Positions 44,243 through 59,200 of a stretch of DNA of 64,000 bases are shown here, one piece after another. Both the position numbers and the translations under genes were made by a program. The stretch is from Tubiluchus corallicola. Lineage: Eukaryota > Animalia > Priapulida. Location of the stretch: contig JAQGDQ010000007.1 in assembly GCA_030141605.1 (NCBI GenBank), positions 421,173 through 485,172 of the forward strand. Direction: 5' to 3'. The stretch's first letter is position 1. The number at the start of each line of letters is the position of its first letter. The notes beneath the pieces were generated by a model that saw nothing but the letters and a program-made list of their open reading frames with translations, did no database searches and was not told the origin of the DNA.

Positions 44243-47200
44243 TTGTCAGCGTTTTTATTCACAGGCATATTATTCTACCTGACTCTGAAAAATGACTCTT
44301 ATAGTTACTGAAAATGATATTATTAATAGAATCACCAATTTTATCTTCCTCATATCCAGTACAATTTTTCTGTTCTTTTTTATCTAGTTTGGAAAACAGT
44401 ATCTGCTGGCGATAGTGAATATAGAGGCTGTTGGAATTATTTATCCACTGTGACTTTCCTCCACTCAATCAGTGGCATAAATTCTGCATATGAGTGCTTG
44501 TTCCAATGTAGACTCTTTCAGAAACAAACAAAAGTTTTGATTCATTTTGCTTTGATTGGTAAAAAAGATGGTGATTACATGTGTCATTGTGACGATTCTT
44601 CGGGTGTGGGCAAAGCCATTGCTGCTACGGATGTAGCCTGTCCTAATTGTTCTAGTGGAAATAGCGGATTCTGTGGAGGTGATAACAATGTTTATGCAGT
44701 GTACGACACTGGAGGTAAGTTGTGAGATTTGTTTTGGAGTCTAAAGAGTGTGATTTTGTTGCCCTTTTCCTTGGAACTTTTTCTCATAGTCTACTATTCA
44801 TAAATTTTCCAATCGTATGAAATTAAAACTTGTAAGTGTCTTTCAAGGCTGCTTCAAGCTTTACCATGGGTATTAAAATTTCATTTATATGACACGGCAG
44901 GTTGCAAGGTTGAAACATTTGCTGTTTATTTAATGTAATAACATTATGTCTTTCTAGAGTAGAACTTGCAAAAGAGAGTAGAACTTGTAAAATAGAGTTG
45001 CTCTGGTGCAAGTATAAAATGCCTGCTCTAGTACTGCTTGTTTTAGGTTTGAACATTAGCAAAGTTATAAAATGATTACTATGATTGGGCGATAATCATT
45101 GTTATTTGATTTTCATTGCAAATTTTTAAAACTTTACTCTGAGAAACAAACCTGACTTCGGTTGATAAGACTAATTCAAATTGATAAGACTTGATTCAAA
45201 TTTGGTGGAAATTATTTAGGTAGTTTTTTCCAATTGATGTTTTAGTACATTTTGCTATAATGCAATTTTAGCCCACTAGCAGTTCTCTCTTTAGTGAACT
45301 TGTCTCTTTATGATACAGTGCTGATAGAACTTGTCATTATTTAGTAAAAATATAACTTTTAATTCTTTGAAGCAGTGCTTCTTTCTCTCAATTGCTTTGC
45401 ATGGTTACTCGCTTCTATTTTCTTGCATTACTTAGATTTTGTTTTGCCATGACGTTGGCATTGTAGTGTGTCTATTTACTGAATGCTTTTACACTTTCAG
45501 CACCACATCAGTATCAAGGGTGTTTTGGTCGTTATAAAACAGCGATGTATTTCCCAATTACGGAATCACTCAGCACACAAGGATCTGGTTTAGATGATGA
45601 ATGTGTAGCAAAATGCAGGAATCAAGGTTATTACTACAGCAGCCTCCATTACACACAGACTGGTGAATATGTGTGTAAATGTGGCAATGGATTTTCTTTT
45701 ACAAGATTTTCATTAAATTGTGCAAGTTGTGCTAAGACAACAACTGGAACCTGCCCTGGGAAAAATGCAGTTTCTGTGTACTCTACTGAAAGTAAGTGTT
45801 ATATATTTTTATTTTGGCATTTTAGAAACTTTGTCGAAGATAATTTTGTGACACTTCTTATAATGTTAATCAAACAGACATTAAATGCCAATTCAGCCTC
45901 ACAAAGAAATGGCTTAGTCTTTTTTGAGGTGCATAGATAGTTAGTTATCAGTGTGTGGTGCAGTTACTGCATGTGCAAAAGCAATGTGAATGGGAAGCAG
46001 ATGAATGATAATGTCACACCACCTAAGTTTGATGAAACAAACAAGGTTTGAAACAGACAGTTTTAGCAACTGATATATGTTCTTTCCTAGTGGGAGTGAA
46101 ACATATTAGGTAGAGATGCTGAAAGATGGTGACTACAGTTTACAAACAAATGTTGCAATAAATGTAAACATTACCGTGTGTAAAAAGAGTAACATTGTTA
46201 TAACTACTGAAAGCGCTTAGTGTTTGAAATAAAAGACTGCACTAATGCAATAGTTTAAGTGTTCACAGAATTATCTGAAGAAGTAGAGCTCCCATGTGGG
46301 AACTGGTGTACAAGTTCATTTGTTGTAAGATTGTAAATATTTATATTGAAAGCAGTCAAAAGTGCACAGATTCGTAAATAAGGCATATCTTATCTGGTGC
46401 AAAAGAGTGTGGCTAATTAAGTAATGACCATCTGTTTCATAAGTTGAACCACGTTGACAAGTTGAAAGTACTAGAGATCTTCATATTTTTTACATCTTTT
46501 GTGCTATAAATCGTAATTAAGTTGACTTTATTGTCTTATAAAAAGATTTGATGCTGTTCTACCAGCCTTTGGGACAGCTTGTTGAATTAAGAATTTAGAA
46601 TTAAGCTATTTTTTCCTTTTCTAAGTATTATTCTAAGTATTTCTACAGTATTTGCATTTCTCCCAGGATTCAATAGTTTCGTGTTGTTTACAATATTTAT
46701 CAGATTTTTCTTTGGCCTGATTTGGAAGTTTTTAAGAGAAAGTTGGCTTCAACAGCTGTCCTGCTCTTTTGTCTTCTGGCTCAATAAGTTTTATAGCATT
46801 TATTAATTCTGTCTGTCAGATGGTATGATTCACGGTAATGTACATTGAACCTCTCCAAGGTACCTATTTTGTGGTGACATAATCTATGCATTATAATATA
46901 TAGCTTGAATGTGTTATTATAAATTACTGGTGTAGTCGTTACTTGTTTGCATCTTTTTTGAAGTGTGTTTTAGCTTGGAACATAATTTGTGATAATGCAT
47001 ATTGTGAAATGGTAGCTATAACTAATTTGTTGTTTTTCATGCATGTTTAGATTATGCAGTGATGTCAGATGTCTTGGGTTGTTGGGAAGAAAAACGTCCT
47101 GGTGCATCTGGGTCACATGATGGAGAAAGAAACATGCCATATGAGGCACCAGCAATTGCTAATTTAACACCAGAAAAATGCAGGGCACATTGTTTAGAGC

Positions 47201-50200
47201 AGAATTATGCTTATGCGGGTTTGGTATCTGGAACACTTTGCTTTTGTGGGGACACATATGGGAGATACCATCCTGCATTAAACCCGTGCAACGCTAAGTG
47301 TGGTACGTCCGGTAGTGGGCGCGAACTATGCAATTTACATGACACGTCTTGTTCTACATGTGGTGGAAACTGGGCATCAGAGGTTTATCCTACATACGGT
47401 GAGAGTTTACAGTATTTTCCTAAACCAATTGATAGTTGGTAACTTATGGTTAATGTAATGGGCTTCTTTAACATAATTTTTCTATTAATAGAATATTTTT
47501 ATTTTTATGTATCAGTATTTGTACCAGGAGAAGAACTGCGAACCGGGTGCTTTAAGTTCGCCCAAAATTTTCAGGGTATGGGTGGATTAAAACAGATAAC
47601 AATGTCTTCCACGATGTGCATCCATTATTGCTATGCTTTAGGTATGATTAAAGTTTTGTTTCTATAAATGCTTGAAAATTTTGAGATGTTTAGCTAGAGA
47701 AAACGAAGTTGAGCTAACTTTTAGGTTATTGTTTGCATTTGCTTTAGCTTGCTTATTAGCTTGCTTATTTGCTTGCAGTACTACAAAATAGTACTGCATC
47801 AACATCAGTTATAGTAAGCAATTGTTCGAATAATTTGTTATTATAAGCATTTGTAATTGGAATTACTGTACTGTTCAAATAACCGATAAGTGTGAAATCA
47901 TTCGAATTGTTGGATTAAAAGTTTATGTGTCATTAGCATTCATAAGGTAGTATTTTGTCCATTGTCTTGTTCACTTCTTGTTTTTCAATTTTCTTAATAA
48001 ATTACTTTCTAACATTCTTTTACTTTTGGGCTTGTCTTCCCATAGCTTCCCTGTTGCCATAATAACTTGTTTTGTGGAGAAATATGTGATTCTGTCAGTT
48101 TTAACTGAAATTTATTTTGTAGGCCATCTTATTTATGATCATGGTGAGAACTTATAGGGAGTAAGGATTTTATATGTTTGATAATTTTTTTGAGTTACAA
48201 GGTAACAACTTTATCATGTCATTGTTTTTTGTGTTCATTCTCAAAGTGTCCATTGATTTCGAAAAGTATTTGTTAATTGTTATAAGACCCCGTTTCATTC
48301 ATAAATCTTGTGAATCACATTACATATCTATTGTTTTTTATTGTAAGTTTGGAAACAATCTAGTCTGTAGTGTGTGCCATGTTTGGCTCTCTGTAATTTT
48401 CTGAGTGTTTCGAGAGTTCTGTATAAAGAAAAATATGAACTTAGGAGCCTCTTCTGATAGTCTTTTGATGTTGTACCTATTATATTTAGTATGTTACGTA
48501 ACTTATTTGTTTTAAGTAATAATTTGTTATTAATTACTTGACGAGTTCACTGTTGTTGGTGTCACTTCTGCGTAAAATAGGTTCATTTATTCTGACCTTG
48601 TATCTTGACATGTAACAGAATATTATTATCATTGCCATCAATGTTTTCGTTGTCATCGCCATCATTGTAGTCATCATCATTACAGAGATAGCCTTATTGT
48701 TTACAGATCAAGGTTATGCCGTATTAACAAATTACGATGAATGTAAGTGTGCAACAGTCGGCACCTTACCACTTCATACTGCAGAGGAAAAGCACTATTG
48801 TGTAGCTTGTGGTGGCGCTTTTAATGGACGTAATAATTACCTTAGTCTCTGCGGAAGTAAATACAGAGATTATGCTGCTGTCTATAGAGTTTATTCTGGT
48901 AAGTAGTTATGATCCTAAATTTGTTTAGCCACAGATGTTAATTACATGTTATTCGTAATGTAGTGGATTTCCTCAAATTATCTTTGATGACAGCTTTTGT
49001 GAATGCGACTGTAGGTATTTCACTCGTGCAAGGTTTGATTATGGAAATGAATTTACTCGGCTTAGTCTCTATAATGGCAAAATACGAGGCAGCAGGAACT
49101 GACTAGAATACTCTCGCAAGTAATGTTATTGTACATAAACATAAAAGAATTACTTTTCTCTGCATTCAGTTTAATTTCTTTGGTTGGTTTTGTTCAAAGT
49201 TTTATCGTAAGGTGTGGTACAAAGCGACTTACAAAAATGTTATGATAGCAACCCGTGAAAGTATGATATCACTGACCTTGAACAACTGCAAGAGTTTCTG
49301 AGTATTGAGTTAATTCAGATATGCAAAAATAGGCTATGAGCAGTTTTTTGTGCATATCTTAAATAATGCCACATTTGGCACTTTTTAAGATTTCTAAGAT
49401 CCTGTGAAACATGGTCATCCAGTATTCCCAAGACTGGTAAATTTTCAATATGACCATTGGACCGCAGTTGTCTTTTTTTAATATCAATGCAATTTTGAAA
49501 ATTAATAAAGATATAAGAAATTTTAACGCTGCACATATTTCTATTATTCCTTAAGTTTTGAAGTTTTCAGTTGAAGATTTGAGTTAAATCTCAGCAATTT
49601 GATTATTAACCAAATAGGTCTAATTGTATTTTTACCACTCCTCTAATATGTTTTATTGTTTATAGTATGGAAAGAAGCCAGTCACGAGTACAGAGGATGC
49701 TGGAAGCTCCCATATGATGCCACTTTTGCAATATCATTCAATGATGTGAATTCAGCTTATGAATGCATGACCCATTGCTTGTACTTTCGCCCGTCTAGGA
49801 TAGGTAGTTTTGCACTGCTGCAGATGAAAAATTCAAGATTCGTTTGCCACTGTGATGATAGCACAGGTACCGGAAGAGCTACAGTTGCTGCAGATTTGCC
49901 ATGTGAAAAATGTCCTGGTGGCAATGATGGATACTGTAGTGTAACTGCCAATACCTTTGCGGTGTACGACACTGGAGGTAATACTTTTCTATTAGCTACT
50001 AATGTTGTATTAATGACGTTAAATTTTTATTACTCTTCCAAGACTTGTTGATGATAATGCATGCTTTTTAATTTTATTTTAGCACCACACGAGTATGAAG
50101 GATGTTTTGGACATTATAAACCTGAGACATACTTCCCAGTTACTAAATCACTTGCACAGGACTCTGATGCTTTAGACAATGAATGTGTAACAAAGTGCAG

Positions 50201-53200
50201 AGATGAAGGATATTTGTTTGGCAGTCTCCATTATTCACAGGCTTATGAATATGTATGTAAATGTGGCAATGGATTTCCTTTCATGAGGTTTTCATTAAAT
50301 TGTGCAAGATGTACAAACACAACAACTGGAACTTGCCCTGGGAAAAATGCAGTTTCTGTTTACTCAACTGACAGTAAGTGTTTACTATTAATTTGCATTC
50401 TTGTCAGTGTAAACTACTAATATTATATTATTAGTCAAAATGCTAATTATTATAAGCTTTAAAACTCTTTAACATTTCTAGCTGATTTGTACATGTAACA
50501 CGTTTCATATTTCTTTAAAGGTTGTCTTACCTAGTGCAAGAGAGAAGCATAATCAATAGACCTGTGGTGGCCAAATTGATCACTGGCTTTTTTCACTTTT
50601 TATAAGATCATTAAAATGATCTGCAGAGAATGAAAAATGAACTTCTTTTACACTGTTTGGCATTCTGTAAAAAGTTGTCCAGAATTTGATGGCAGGGACA
50701 GCGTAACGTTGACGGTTGTGCTGGGACTAAAATTTAGTTACTTATCAAGGATTATCTTTAAGATAAAATGCATAGATGTGTATACTTTTTCCTTTAACAA
50801 TGGAAATTGCCAGGAGCAGTGTTGTAGCTATGTGAGACACCCAGAAGCAGTTTTCCCAGTGGCCATTCATTTATTTACTGAACAAGCTTAGTGTTGTTTA
50901 ACTTTGGTCGCTGAGCACAACTTAGCATGTTTCAGTTACTTGCCTTGTTCCAATGTGTTTTTCTTTTAGATTATCCAGTCGAGTCAGACATCATGGGTTG
51001 TTGGAAAGACAAAGGTTTGACTGAAGCAGAAAGAGATATGGTTTATCGTTCATCTGGAATAGTAAACTTAACACCAGATAAATGTAGGTTGCATTGTGCT
51101 CAACTTGATTACGCATATGCTGGCTTGGAAAATGGTACAATCTGTTACTGTGGAAATACATATGGAAGATATGCACCTGCTAGAAACCCTTGCAATCTCA
51201 AATGTGGAAGTGAAAGTGAACAGTGTAGTTTACATGACGAATCTTGTTTCACTTGTGGTGGTTCATCGGCAATAGAGGTGCATCCTACAAACAGTAAGTA
51301 TGTCATCAGTTTTGAAATTTGAAGTTAAATGGAAATAGTATTTTAGGAGTTAAAATGGGATTGTTTATACTAGTATGTTGTACGTGTTAGCTATTTGATA
51401 GTGTTGTCTCCTTAAAACCGACTTCGAAATTTCCATTTGTTAATAGCTATTTGCCTCTTTCACATATTTAACCAGTTCATACTGGATATTTATATTACAG
51501 CTTGATTTTTTCTGTTGCTGTTTCTTTGTGTATCTTTTGCTGATTGTTTGTTTTCTTCACAGTGAGTTATTACGGTTTAGTTCACTATTAATCAATAAGT
51601 AATTTTTAATGATAGGAATTTCCAAATATACCTTTTTTCTTATCTATTCATGGTTTTTGTATTTAAGTATTCACTCCGGGCGAAGAACTACGATCTGGCT
51701 GCCATCTCTCAAGTCAGACTTATAACTTAAATGAGTCTACAACGTTAAAGCGCTTAAGTATTTCTTCTGAAATGTGTGTGCACCACTGTTTTGCCCTTGG
51801 TGAGCAATTTTTAACAAGTAATTATTTCGTATGTTTTAAAATATATGTTGTATTTTTTGCGTATTTTAAACTGGTGTAGCTGCGATATCAAAAGTAGTTT
51901 ATTGCATCGTTGGTTTCCTTTTTTCATAGTCTTAGTTATTGGTAGGATTAACGTTTTAGTAAGAAACAATTTTTGCTTGCATTAAGTTTGATACATTTTA
52001 TGTCGACAAGTATTAAAGTGTTTTATAATGAATGAACTGTATGCTGAATTGTTGATTTATAATTTTGAATGATATTTGTATTAATCAAAACTGATTGCAT
52101 ACTTTTTTTAATGCACGTGTGCAGTTAAGTGAATACATTAAGTAAATTAGATTGTATCTTAATTTTTTGCAGATCATGACTTTGCTGTTTTAACTAAATA
52201 TGATGAATGCAAGTGTACAAGCAATGTGGAATTTCAACTAGAATCTGATGTTAAATACTGTGGAAGATGCGCAAGTGCTTGGACTAGCGGAAACAATTAC
52301 TTTCGTTTGTGTGGAAGAAACAATTACTATGCCGTAAATAGAGTATACTCTGGTATGTCTATTTATCAATTGTAGCTGTTTATTTCTATTATTTTTATGC
52401 AAAATGAAAGGGTTATTCGTTATTTTTATTTACCAAGTTACATTTATGCACTAATGGTAGATGTGTTAAGCTCAATATATTACATATTCCATCAATGAAA
52501 CAAAGTCAGAAAATGTGAAAGTTTTAGCCTGGATGTTGAACTGTAGACTCTGAATTATTATTATTGTTGTTGTTGTTGTTGTTGTTATTATTATTATTAT
52601 TCTGTATCATTACAAAACTACAAAACAAAATTATCCAAAATTAATCTGCTCAGAATTTGTCCAGGAATTGTCCCAGAATTTTCAGGCCATTAATACATTG
52701 CTTTAATCTGCAGCATCTCCAGCAATTTTACATATGTAGGAAGTATTAGAGATCAAGACTATATCACAAGTATATATAATTAGTGCATAAGTCTTATCAC
52801 AGTAATGCACAATATGTATGAAGTGTACTACAGATGGTAATCCATTGCAACAAATAATAATGACAATTGTTAATAATGATTATATATGTAAATCAACACA
52901 TATTTAATATGTACCAGTTAGCTTACACTGTAATGTAACCAAATATCTAGCTTTCTCAATAGAGGCATTCAGAAAAAATGCACTCATTTAATACGGACTC
53001 AATATCACATTTAGTATCGGGGCATTCCACGAGAGACTGGTACAGAGTTTGTAGCACTAAATTACAAAAATTACAAATTCTATTTTGTCTAGAAGTCTTG
53101 CCCATCTTTCAGTTTCAATTCTAAGATGACCAGTACGGTACCTTGTAAATGTTTTACTATAATACTCAATCAGAATGCAATTATTATAAATATTTTGCAA

Positions 53201-56200
53201 ATTCAGCCTAGGGTTGCAGATATAACATCTAAAGTTTCTAAACTATTGTACCATGTGTCTTACTTTATGAAGATAGATCTTCCTTTTAACGGATTAACTG
53301 TTCAACCTATCCAAGATTTTCAGTGTATTGACCTATTTTATTACATAACTAGGTAAACTTTGTAGTCCTTGAGTAATTGATAAGTTATTGTGTTTTATTG
53401 TTGTCTGCCAATATTTTTTCCTGTTGGATATTATGAAAATCTGTCAGAAATATTAATAGTAAAATTTGCTGGATTTGAGTATTTATTTCACCAATTATTC
53501 TCAGAACATACGTTCTTTTGACTACCATATTATTTAACTTGGTATCACATTTGTTTTCTTGTTAATGTTTTTACCTAATTTTCTTACTATATATAGTGTG
53601 GAAACGAACTGCAGATGATCCTGACTACAGAGGCTGTTGGAAGTTTTGGTTTGGAACTGCTTTCTATAAGTCATTCAGTGGTGTTAGTTCTGCTTATGAA
53701 TGCTTGTCACTGTGCCGAAATCTTGGAAAAGGAACACAAGTTTCCATATTTTTTGCACTGATTGGGAAAAAGAACAACAACTACATGTGCCAGTGTGACC
53801 GCACATTGGGCACAGGAAGAGCCGTTGTTGCTACGGATTTATCCTGTCCAAGATGTCCACTAGGAGATGAAGGATTTTGTGGAAATCAAGATGATGTTTA
53901 TGCCGTTTATGATCTTGGAGGTAACATCAAAATATTTATATCAAGGTTGCTTTGATGTTTCACATGGAACCTTTCTTTTTTCTGTTGCAGCTATTAGTCT
54001 TTAAGAAATATTTTTTCAATTAAAGTACAAGCAAGCAGACAAATAAAAACAGCCTATTTTACGTCCTGGCAGTATTGAGGCAAAAAGCTTGTTTTTATCG
54101 TTATCGTATCGATATTATTCTAATCTAGTTACCAGCTCGAATTTGGCACATATCGTTGCTTATCGCATACCTTTATAAAATCATTTCACTTTGCTTTTCT
54201 ATTTATCTACAGTAATGATAAAAAGTTTTTATCTACAGGATAAAAAGAATTATTTAAAATTATACGTTTGGCAGACGCCGAAATATTTTCTTGTACCTTT
54301 GCCTGGCATTAATGGCTATCTTCATTCTGAATTATACTAACAAAGTGTAGAGACCCCTTTATACTTTGATACTGATGTGTGGATGCCAAATACACTGTAC
54401 CGTGTTTTAATGTCACTACCGGTCATGTGCAGCTCGCATAGATAAATATTTTTATTGTAATAATATGTTTGTCTGCCACAGCTTACTTATTTATGAATAA
54501 TTATGACAAACAAACCTGTATTTCAAAACTGGCAGCCATTTAAGTATACAGCTCTGAACACCCTGAAGCACTTAATAGTTTTAATTGTTAATGATATTGA
54601 TGATACGATAAATTATTTCGATTGCTAAAATGGTACTGAATTTAGCAATTTGATATGCTACTACAGTGCTAAAAGAAAATAAGCCTAAATTGCTTAGACT
54701 TGGCTGCTAAGTATATGCAGGGTGTAAGGAAATGACATATTATGTTTACAACTAAGTTAAGATTTCAAAGTAAATCCTGAAATGTGTTACAACATGTGCA
54801 ACTTTCCATGATGCATTTTGTTTCCCTTTTCTTCAATAAGCCTTTTCACAGATTTACTATGTGTACTCAGAGTTGCTGTTGGTCAAAGCAACGTATCTTA
54901 ACTGCAACTGTCACGTGACCTTATGCACATAACTGCAGGTAGGTGAAACAGGTAAAATGCATTTTTATTACATACTACACATGTATAGTTATAAACTAAC
55001 ACGTTATACTTTTGCCCGAAAACATTTAGCGGTAGTTCACGTAAAATAACAACAGCATGCATGGACGGTTGAGGAGCGTTGTTAAGTATAAACAAACGTG
55101 TTGTTTGGTTCAGATGAAGTTGTTAGGTTCCCTTAACCTTTGGCCATTGGTTGAGGAGCGTTGTTAAGTATAAACAAACGTGTTGTTTGGTTCAGATGAA
55201 GTTGTTAGGTTCCCTTAACCTTTGGCCATTGGCGGCTCAAGTATAGGTATTGTGGAACTGCGGCACTCCCTATTTTCATTCAATATTATCAACAATATTC
55301 AGTCTCATAAGTTTTTTTCCTTAATTCTTTCTTTATACTTGTACAGAACCAGAGCACGCGAGGGTAGTACTGTTTGCTTCACAGCCTAGCACAGTTTGCT
55401 TTAACAATGCGCGATTTGGCTATTGTGCACATGCGGCCATGCGTAGCAAAAGCACTGTCGCTCACACAGTTTGTTGTCAGTTTCGCGTGCTTACCGTAAA
55501 TGGATCAAGCTTGAACTGCGACAATTTAGGCTATTAGTAAGCAAAAAATATATGTTTTGTTTAGAATTTTATCAAGTTTCGATGAAACATTCATGTTTGT
55601 TTGTTTAAAATTACAATTACAAATTACAACATTGCATTTACATATGTTTGCCTCGTTTTACGCTGTATTAAACAGTGGCTAAAATTTTCTGATGCAGCAC
55701 CCCCCTAATTTTAGCAAAAAGCTGCCCCTGCCTTTGACCTTTTCACGATCGTCATCAATCGCTAGAACTGTGAAAAGGCTTATTTAAAGGAGTAATGCAA
55801 TCCTTGAATAAGATTGTAGTTCCTGCTAATACAAATTATATGTGCAAGAGTTGGCAAAATATACCATCTTCTATTTCTCTATTTCCACAAACTTCATCAG
55901 CATTTGTGTAATTTTAGCCCCACTGATTGTTCCTGAGACAATAATTGAATAGCTGAGATATGGTAGGTAATATGCACTGAAACAATTTTTGTGGCTACTC
56001 AACTTGTTTGTTCACATCAATTAACTCATAACATCTGAAGTTAAATCAAAAGGGCGACGCAATTCCTTTATGTATTTAGAACAAAATTAATTTGAAGTTG
56101 CACAAAATAATTTTATGACGATATTATGATACTATTACACATAAAGTTGTTTTGTCGTTTAATCAAAATATTATACGAAAACTTTAAGCGTACACTCGGC

Positions 56201-59200
56201 CTTTGTGTACAGATGTGGTGACTGTCATACAATGATGCATTCAATTTCCTGGTAGATTAAAATGGAAATATTTGAAGACCAAATTGTAAAAAATTTGTGG
56301 TCTTGTAAATGTGGCACTTTTGTTTATGATAGTAAATTCTTTTAATTTTTTTAGATGCACCTAACCATCAAGGATGCTTTGCATACTACAAGCCAGACAT
56401 ACACTTTCCAGTTACTGTACCTCTCAGTGGAGTAAATGATTTAGATGATATTTGTTTGATAAACTGTACAGATAAAGGCTATTACTATGGCAGTGTACAT
56501 TGTTCACAGAACGGAGAATTCTCGTGTAAATGTGGGAATGGATTTCCTTTTAGGAAATTTTCATTGAATTGTGCAAGATGTGTAAAGACAACAACTGGAA
56601 CATGTCCAGGAAAAAATGCAGTATCTGTTTACTCTACTGAAAGTAAGCATTTTTGGATATACACTGTTAAGCAATTATTCCTATTCTAATCAAGAAAGAA
56701 ATGTGATTGATTACTACATCCAAATATCTGTTCCATAAAATTATTTTGTTTTCCAAGACAGATCATATTCTCAATGTATTTTGCAGCACTCTTACTCTTA
56801 GTCTTTCTTACTCTGAGTATTTTTTAATTTACATTATCTTTATATACATTATTTTTATTCGTACTTTATTTTGTACACCACTTTGGGTTAGTTAGTTAAG
56901 TTAAACATAAAAAACAACAACACTATTTACATACACATACAAACTATATATTTGTTATCAGTATTTGTATGCAAATACTAAACAGTTGCTAAGTAACTTA
57001 TGATTATTTCATTTGTTCATTACTTTAGGTGTTCGTCATATGTACCTTCGATCCCATATAAACATTCCTTGATTGTAATGACATAGACAATTAAATTAGC
57101 GATACAACGCTCCATAAAAACGTCTAAGTTCAGTTTCTTAAACTAAAAAATATGTAAACACTCAAATGTCTTACATTAAATCTGATAATGCTTCTAGCAT
57201 CACTATACACAGTTTTTCATATTGCGATTAATAGTAAGTCTTATTCATGTTTTTTCATTATGGGTAAGAAAACACTATGATTGGCTGCCGTTAACCTTGT
57301 ACTTATAGGTCACATAAATAATGCAAAACATGCATATCATGCAATAGTGAAAAAAAAGTGAATTTCAATTTACAAATTACAAAATTACTGAATGTCAGGT
57401 GTTTTTAGCAGAAATATTCATAAATCTGATGAGATGATAGCAGTAAACAATTCAGTGTTTAAAAAAACAAAGCCAGTGTGACAGTTGAACATAGTACTTA
57501 AATTAATGTATACAAACTAACTGTTAAAGCATCTGATAGTTTTTTGATAAACTTTCCTTCTTATAATTTAAGTTTGTGCATGTTTTTTGGCAATTTGCAC
57601 TAGTTTAACAGCGTGACAAATTATTCTTCAGCTCTAAGTGTCGTTTTTGTTTGCTTGCATAAAAAGTTAAGAAATATCTTTTTTCCAGCAGTGCTGCCAT
57701 TCATAATTCTGTAAGAAAATACATTTTTAATTAGCATATTGAAGTTATAAAATTAATGTGAATACACATGTTTGGTTTATCAGGTTTGTTTTTAAAGCAT
57801 TGATTATTAAATGTCATGTTTAGATAACTGGCACCTTTGCTTTAAGCAGTAAGCTTTTCTGTGATTAGTTTTTTCTATGTACATTTTTATCTTCTAGATT
57901 TTGAGTTTACTTCGAAAATCTTGGGATGCTGGGAAGATAGAGATCCTGATGCAGAACAGCCTCATAATGGAGAAAGAGACATGTCATACCTGATTACATT
58001 TCAGAATTTGACACCTGAAAAGTGCAAGCTGCATTGTTTGGAACTTGATTATGCATTTGCAGGCTTACAGAATGGAACTGAGTGTTATTGTAGTAATTCG
58101 TATGGGAGATACCAACCTTCCAGAAACCCTTGTAACATGAAATGTGGCAGTACTAGTGAACGTTGTAATTTGCATGATAAATCTTGTTTAACTTGTGGTG
58201 GTGAGTGGGCATTAGAGGTTTATCCTTCAAGTGGTGAGTATTTGTGTAAATTTGTAATTTTGAAATACACCCATATCTCGGTTTGCTGGACCTCGCTTTT
58301 ATGGATATCGGAAGACTCGGGCAAAATCTGGACCCCTAAAATGTCTCACATACTACGGACACAGTCTGTTGTTTTGCGAGCTGACTGCTAGTTGGTGGGC
58401 TATCACTTTGTTTACATTATTACATCAGTGTAAACAAGCAGTGTGTAATGAAATGTGTGTTGCTCGTATTGTTTCCAAGACTACATAAAAATAGTAAAAG
58501 CTGATTGGTCACACACAAAAGTATCTTATTTAAGCATATGCAGAAATATTATACAGTCAATTACACAGAGTTATTTGTGTCAATTGCCAACAGTCTTTAT
58601 ATACTTTTGCATGGGAGCTATCTGTACTAGATGTTTTTGAGACAATCAGGCGATTTATTCTACATTACTGTGAGTCTAATACGCAGCGCTAACTGTGTAT
58701 TAGCTTTGTATCGGTAAATACGGACAATTGGAACTTCATATTTTGCAAACTGAGATATGAGTGTATGTGTTAGCTCTGTTGGTATATGTAAATTATCTGC
58801 ATTTACTAATTTGTTTATAAGTATAGTTTTAGAGACTAGCACTGCTGCCACTTCACTATTCTTGACAACTTATACATCTAATGAAGCATTTTAATTTTTG
58901 TGTATTAATTCTCATTGAAAATTTAATTTTACATTGGACTCACAGAAGGAGGAACAGAAGGTGAAAACCTGAAAATACATTATTCATCACATTTCAGTCA
59001 GGTTCCAAGTTCCGAGTTTAGTTAAATTAAAATTGATTATTGAATTAAATTAGTAAAACCAAGTAAATAAAACACTACCTGTAACATTTGTGCATTATTT
59101 ATTATACTAATTTCAATTTAATCCAAATGTTACACATTGTGCTTTTGTAGCCTTTTGCTTACAAATGTAAACTAGTTAATAATTGATTTGTACCATTGTT

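Noticed and set aside
44083-44268. Poly-Ile hydrophobic ORF
   Set aside because: Translation of an (AAT)n microsatellite.
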